Shown here piece by piece: positions 59,506-64,000 of a DNA stretch of 64,000 bases. The translations under genes were made by a program, and so were the position numbers. Every line of letters starts with the position of its first letter. The stretch's first letter is position 1. Below the pieces are notes generated by a model that saw only the letters and a list, made by a program, of their open reading frames with translations, did no database searches and was not told the origin of the DNA. Source of the stretch: Barthelona sp. PCE (Eukaryota); the NCBI GenBank assembly GCA_040285745.1, contig JAUFOR010000001.1, positions 930,001-994,000 of the forward strand, in the 5' to 3' direction.

Positions 59506-61731
59506 ATGGGGAAATTCCATATAGACTTCATAAAAAAGCTGTCCACTGCAAGGAATACAAGTTCTACAGAAATGTACCTCCTTTTAAGTGATATCATCAC
59601 TTCTGATGAAGATTACTCGCTGTTGGTCATCAGTGAGCAGTTTCTCAACGCAATTACCGCAATACTTCTTGAGAATGATGGGCAACTCTCTCATTTAATC
59701 ATCCTTATTGTTAAAAAGCTTGCGGGTAAGTCTCATGAGGTCCTGTCTGTGGTTGAAAGCCCCCTGTTTGAAGCGTTATTGATCGTTTCTGAAAAAACAG
59801 GCGACGAATTACTCCGATCACTCATTTTCAGTTTCATATCTCAAGCAACTGTGCACCGTGCTTGTGCAGAGCTCATGAGCCATAACCCCAAGTTCTTTGA
59901 GTTCATTGTCAGTGCCAGTATTTCCATTGAGGGTGATCATCTTCTCTCCTTACTTCAAGTTATTGAACACGTCACGGTTACAAAGCACGGCTCCATCCAA
60001 GTGTTCAACGACGCGAACTTGTTGTCTATCTTACTCAGAAGCCTTGAAGATCGTCAACACATCATTGTCGTGGCAAAATGCTTCTCACAAATTTGCCGTC
60101 ACAACTTCCTAATCAATCATAGAGTATTGGAAACTGTGCTTCAGCGGCTAGTGGCGGTCCTGACGGATTTCTCTAATGATGTGGATGTTGCAACAGCTGT
60201 AGTCACATGTCTGTGGAGCTTCTCAAAATTTACAGAGTGCGCGACGTTCCTTGTCCGCGACAGAGCATTTCTTTCGATGGCACCCGTCTTCTTAGCCAAC
60301 GTAGACCGGAAATCGCACAAATTAATTCACTCTACACTCTCTACGCTTCGCAATCTGTTGCTTCAGCCAAGCTCTCCCCTCCTTACAAACGCAGAGTGGC
60401 TGGTGCCAGTGCTAGATAGCGTTTCCAATGTACTGTGTACGAGTAGCATTGATTCATTAGATGACGAGATAGTTGTTCTATGCATCACGTTTTTGACTGG
60501 AATCAGTGAGAATCCTGCCATTGCACGAACATTGTTGCACTCGGACCCACTGTTTAAGATGTTCAGCATGTTATTTGAACGGTCGATCAACTACTTCAAG
60601 ACTGTGGGTGAACTCGAGCCAGACGATCAGAACGCTTTGTATATTCCACGTATCCTTAAGCTGTTCTATAACTTAAGTCTGCTAGTGAGCGCAAAGGAGC
60701 TTGACAATCAAAGGAAGAGACTTTTCTCAAATAACTTGATAGGGTTCTACAGTGAACTGCTTGTGCATACAGTACAAATTCTTTTAAATGATAAGAAACC
60801 TCAGTTTGACCGCAAATTCTGCTTAATAGTACTGCATTTACTTACTTCCCTTATGTACTCGATATCATTCATAGCGGAGATAGTGCCAAAGTTTATCAAG
60901 ATTTCTGGACTATATAGGTCTCTATTACGGGTTATAGCCTCACTCCTCGAGGACAATTCAAGTGTTATTGCGATTTTCAGACTTGCAAACCTGGACCATA
61001 ACGAGTTTACTCGAAAAACATTTGTAATTTTGCTCAATTTGAGTCATAACCCAATGACATGTCACCAACTGTTCCAAGAATCTACAGTACTCACTTTCTT
61101 ACATCAAACACTGGAGTATGTGGAACATCCGAACGATCTGACACGGGCGCTGCCTAATATCAGCTCTCTCCTGTTGGGAATCTTCCAGAACATAGCGTCT
61201 GAGCGCAACGGTGCCGCAAGGCTTGCAAGTCCGGGATTTTTTTTGCGGTTATCAAGATTCTTGAAATCCGATACAGGTGCTGCTGTTAATGCGGCAGGAA
61301 CTATGTACAACATCATGCTGCACTCGCCTGAGACGGGAAGCACGTTCGTACAGTACGATGAGTGTGTTGAAAACATAGCAACAGTGCTACACGCTTCGAA
61401 AAACACACCTGCTGCCCTAATCAGGAATGTGTGTCTTCTACTCCACTCGCTAACGACAGATATCCGCGCTGGTTATGAGCTGAGTACTAACACAATGATA
61501 TATTCAGGGCTAATATTCTGCTGCACGTTTTTTGAGGAATCTGTGCAGAGGTTGGCGGGAGAAACCCTGTTAAGGTTGGCTGAGGCACAATCTGTGCTTG
61601 GAAGGACGAAGGGCTCAAGTATAGTGAACCGCAAACAGCTCATGTCAGCGCTTGACGTACTCCTCAACAGCAATGATCCCAGCATAAGAAAGAGCGCGCT
61701 TGATCATATTATTACTCTAAACGAAATGTAA
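59506..61731 (+). CDS. Armadillo/HEAT-repeat protein
   Basis: Leu-rich helical repeats with ARM-like LWSFS, LRNL, LFYNLS, LLNLS, FQNIA, MYNI. Confidence 0.7.
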   Translation: MGKFHIDFIKKLSTARNTSSTEMYLLLSDIITSDEDYSLLVISEQFLNAITAILLENDGQLSHLIILIVKKLAGKSHEVLSVVESPLFEALLIVSEKTGDELLRSLIFSFISQATVHRACAELMSHNPKFFEFIVSASISIEGDHLLSLLQVIEHVTVTKHGSIQVFNDANLLSILLRSLEDRQHIIVVAKCFSQICRHNFLINHRVLETVLQRLVAVLTDFSNDVDVATAVVTCLWSFSKFTECATFLVRDRAFLSMAPVFLANVDRKSHKLIHSTLSTLRNLLLQPSSPLLTNAEWLVPVLDSVSNVLCTSSIDSLDDEIVVLCITFLTGISENPAIARTLLHSDPLFKMFSMLFERSINYFKTVGELEPDDQNALYIPRILKLFYNLSLLVSAKELDNQRKRLFSNNLIGFYSELLVHTVQILLNDKKPQFDRKFCLIVLHLLTSLMYSISFIAEIVPKFIKISGLYRSLLRVIASLLEDNSSVIAIFRLANLDHNEFTRKTFVILLNLSHNPMTCHQLFQESTVLTFLHQTLEYVEHPNDLTRALPNISSLLLGIFQNIASERNGAARLASPGFFLRLSRFLKSDTGAAVNAAGTMYNIMLHSPETGSTFVQYDECVENIATVLHASKNTPAALIRNVCLLLHSLTTDIRAGYELSTNTMIYSGLIFCCTFFEESVQRLAGETLLRLAEAQSVLGRTKGSSIVNRKQLMSALDVLLNSNDPSIRKSALDHIITLNEM

Positions 61732-61736
61732 AACAT

Positions 61737-62438
61737 TTACTCACGGTATTTAAACATCAAAACTGGAATAGATATGCCCAACAAAGCAAGAAAACTGAGG
61801 AACCACACAAGATATTTGGCATACTTCTCAGTCTCAATATTCTTAGCAATTGGAAGATCCTTGAGGTAAATAAAAGCCACATTAATTATAAATGAATAGA
61901 AGTAGTAATTGTATGCTGTTGCTACTATTCTGAACAGTATAAAATCGCTGATTAAAATAAATTCCACAAAACAACCTGGGAACATAAACATGAAGACGTA
62001 GACGAAGATTATGTTATTGTAACGATCCCACCACCGCAGGAAGTTGTGTGGTTCATCGTGTAACAGCTTTCTCTTTGATATCTTGTTCATTAAGAAAGCA
62101 AACATTAAACCTCCACCGATTAATACAAATACAACATTAACAATCAGATAGAAGAAGAATCGCTGGAATGTGTGTCGGATACACCAGTACAGTGAACCGA
62201 AAAAAATGCCCAGAATGAGTAGAACCAAAAACAGCACATTTTGTCTAGCGCTTGATCCTCTAAGCTGTTTCCTGATTTTCTCATGGCCGAAATCATAGAA
62301 TTTGTACTTAAAGAGCGATTTAATCATCGATAACATCTCTTCAAAAGGCCATGTGTATAAAAATCCGAATCCTTCAAAGAAATAATATGAATGAGAGTAC
62401 TTGAAGGACTCAGATGTCGTTTGTGAAACATCTGACAT
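61737..62438 (-). CDS. UNC-50/Gmh1-family multipass membrane protein
   Basis: 'RKQLRGSSARQNVLFLVLL' resembles UNC-50 RKQTKxxWARDDPAFLVLL; about five TM segments ending in LP. Confidence 0.6.
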   Translation of the reverse strand: MSDVSQTTSESFKYSHSYYFFEGFGFLYTWPFEEMLSMIKSLFKYKFYDFGHEKIRKQLRGSSARQNVLFLVLLILGIFFGSLYWCIRHTFQRFFFYLIVNVVFVLIGGGLMFAFLMNKISKRKLLHDEPHNFLRWWDRYNNIIFVYVFMFMFPGCFVEFILISDFILFRIVATAYNYYFYSFIINVAFIYLKDLPIAKNIETEKYAKYLVWFLSFLALLGISIPVLMFKYRE

Positions 62439-62484
62439 TGTGAAAAGGTAGGAAATGCAATTTACATCATGATTAATAAATCGT

Positions 62485-64000
62485 TTAATCTGTCTCCATC
62501 AACATAGCGCAACCCCTTAGAATGAGTGTGTCTGGGGTCAGTTCACCCGTAGGAAGATAAACTGTAACAATATATGAAGTGGAATGACCTGTTGTGGATA
62601 GCGTACCTTGTCGACCAGCAGTACGATAGACTGGGCTTGCGTAGAAGTTCTCCTTATCGTGGAGTGCTTTAATCTCCTCCTTACGCTTGGGTTTGAAAAG
62701 AATGGGTCTCATAGGGTCATACAATTGTCTGGGCAATGATTCCTCAACAACAGTGCCGAAACGGGCACCATGTAAGAACAGGCCGCTCATCCACGAGGCG
62801 CCCTGAACCGATTCTGGTTTATCTTCACCATCATAAACGGTGAACTCAAAAGCCAACTCGTCGATGGGAATTTGAGCTGAACGAGCATAGTTTTGTAGCA
62901 GACCTGTGAGGAAACTGTGCGGGAAGAACAATCCAGGGAACCAAATCTGAGTGAAATCCCTCGTCTCATACAACTTGCGGACAAAGCGTACACGTTCTAT
63001 CAAATCTGGGAACCACACAAACAACCCCTTCTGCGAGGGATAAGCGCTGTTAGCCCATAGTTTAGGAACACGGCTGAGTGTGAATGCGCTAATGATTTCT
63101 TCGAGCTCAGGCGTCAACACAATATCACCAGACAGGGCGAGCAACAGTGACTGAAGCGAGTCCTTAATGGTGAGCATGAGGCGGTTGTATGCAAAGATCT
63201 CCTCAAGCAAGACGGTGTTGAAAGAGTTCTCGTACGATACAGGAAGATCAGCAGCAACGCGGTCAGTATCGAACGTGAGTGGGAGACGCGCCAGGAAACC
63301 ACGGGCGATTTTGCTGATATCACTGCCGCTATTCGACGTGTCACTCGCCTTTGTGATCGAAACTGTCGATAGCAATGAGTTGGACAATGACTTGGCTTGC
63401 AGAATGGCAGAGTCGATAGCGGCGTTGTTGTGGAAACCAAACAGATGAGGTTTGTCTGTGTTCTCAACTGCGTCCAGGTTACCCTTGAGCCCCTCAATTG
63501 TGAGGAAGCGCAGATCCCCAAAGAGATAGGGGTTGGTACGGGTGTCCAGATCCGCCATGTTCATCATACTGGGATTGATTAGGTTGTTCAGCACTGAATC
63601 CATACAGCGGCGATCCCAATCGTCGGTTACACGGCCACCATAATTGATGGCTGAGATCATATACTGGAGTGCCTTGAAGTCGATGTTTAGCAGGTCGCTC
63701 GAGATGGGAACGAAATTCTGGATCGTAGCAAGAGAGATTGCGTAGTCAGACATGGTGAACTGGTAGGGGACATTGAAACCGAGTGGGCCGAAGTTACGAC
63801 GACGGGACACGATACAGTGGAATAGCGAGAGATAGAACATAAGCACGCGACGGTTAGCTGCGTTCTGATTCTTGATGAGAGTTACAGACTCAGGCTCATC
63901 GCGTTCCTCTGCGTCTCCCAAACCGAAATCAAAGTCATATTCGTCCTCCTCCAAGACGTTCATCAGCTCCATCATGTTGGCCTTGACTGTAGCCGGCATT
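62485..64000 (-). CDS. Axonemal dynein heavy chain, C-terminal part (runs off window)
   Basis: RRNFGPLGFNVPYQF, INYGGRVTDDWDRR, FGFHNNA, LTGLLQNYAR, PVYRT...LSTTGHST motifs. Confidence 0.95.
   Translation of the reverse strand, partial: MPATVKANMMELMNVLEEDEYDFDFGLGDAEERDEPESVTLIKNQNAANRRVLMFYLSLFHCIVSRRRNFGPLGFNVPYQFTMSDYAISLATIQNFVPISSDLLNIDFKALQYMISAINYGGRVTDDWDRRCMDSVLNNLINPSMMNMADLDTRTNPYLFGDLRFLTIEGLKGNLDAVENTDKPHLFGFHNNAAIDSAILQAKSLSNSLLSTVSITKASDTSNSGSDISKIARGFLARLPLTFDTDRVAADLPVSYENSFNTVLLEEIFAYNRLMLTIKDSLQSLLLALSGDIVLTPELEEIISAFTLSRVPKLWANSAYPSQKGLFVWFPDLIERVRFVRKLYETRDFTQIWFPGLFFPHSFLTGLLQNYARSAQIPIDELAFEFTVYDGEDKPESVQGASWMSGLFLHGARFGTVVEESLPRQLYDPMRPILFKPKRKEEIKALHDKENFYASPVYRTAGRQGTLSTTGHSTSYIVTVYLPTGELTPDTLILRGCAMLMETD

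Overview
Gene-dense eukaryotic DNA from a flagellated protist (IFT-A WDR35, axonemal dynein heavy chain), standard genetic code, about 35 protein genes, one tRNA-Arg(TCG), very short intergenic spacers and a few short GT-AG introns. Intron architecture (branch point at a fixed distance from the AG) and a GTAAA 3' motif resemble metamonads, but the organism cannot be identified from sequence alone. Most genes are housekeeping: H2A.X-like histone, VPS24, VPS4, CAF1, REI1, TRM1, EFL1, VAMP7, HemK2, profilin, XRN2, RRP40, PMCA, UNC-50. Highlights: (1) a ~2 kb near-perfect inverted repeat, each arm carrying alpha-tubulin, enclosing two divergent accessory genes, one an unusual propeller/coiled-coil/kinase/HECT/RBR-Rcat fusion; (2) tubulin diversification: canonical copies with Q40, a divergent alpha paralogue retaining K40 but lacking E254, and a tubulin-like protein lacking the GGGTGSG loop; (3) recurrent cis-signals and two candidate structured RNAs. 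All family calls come from motif recognition by eye; no searches were run.
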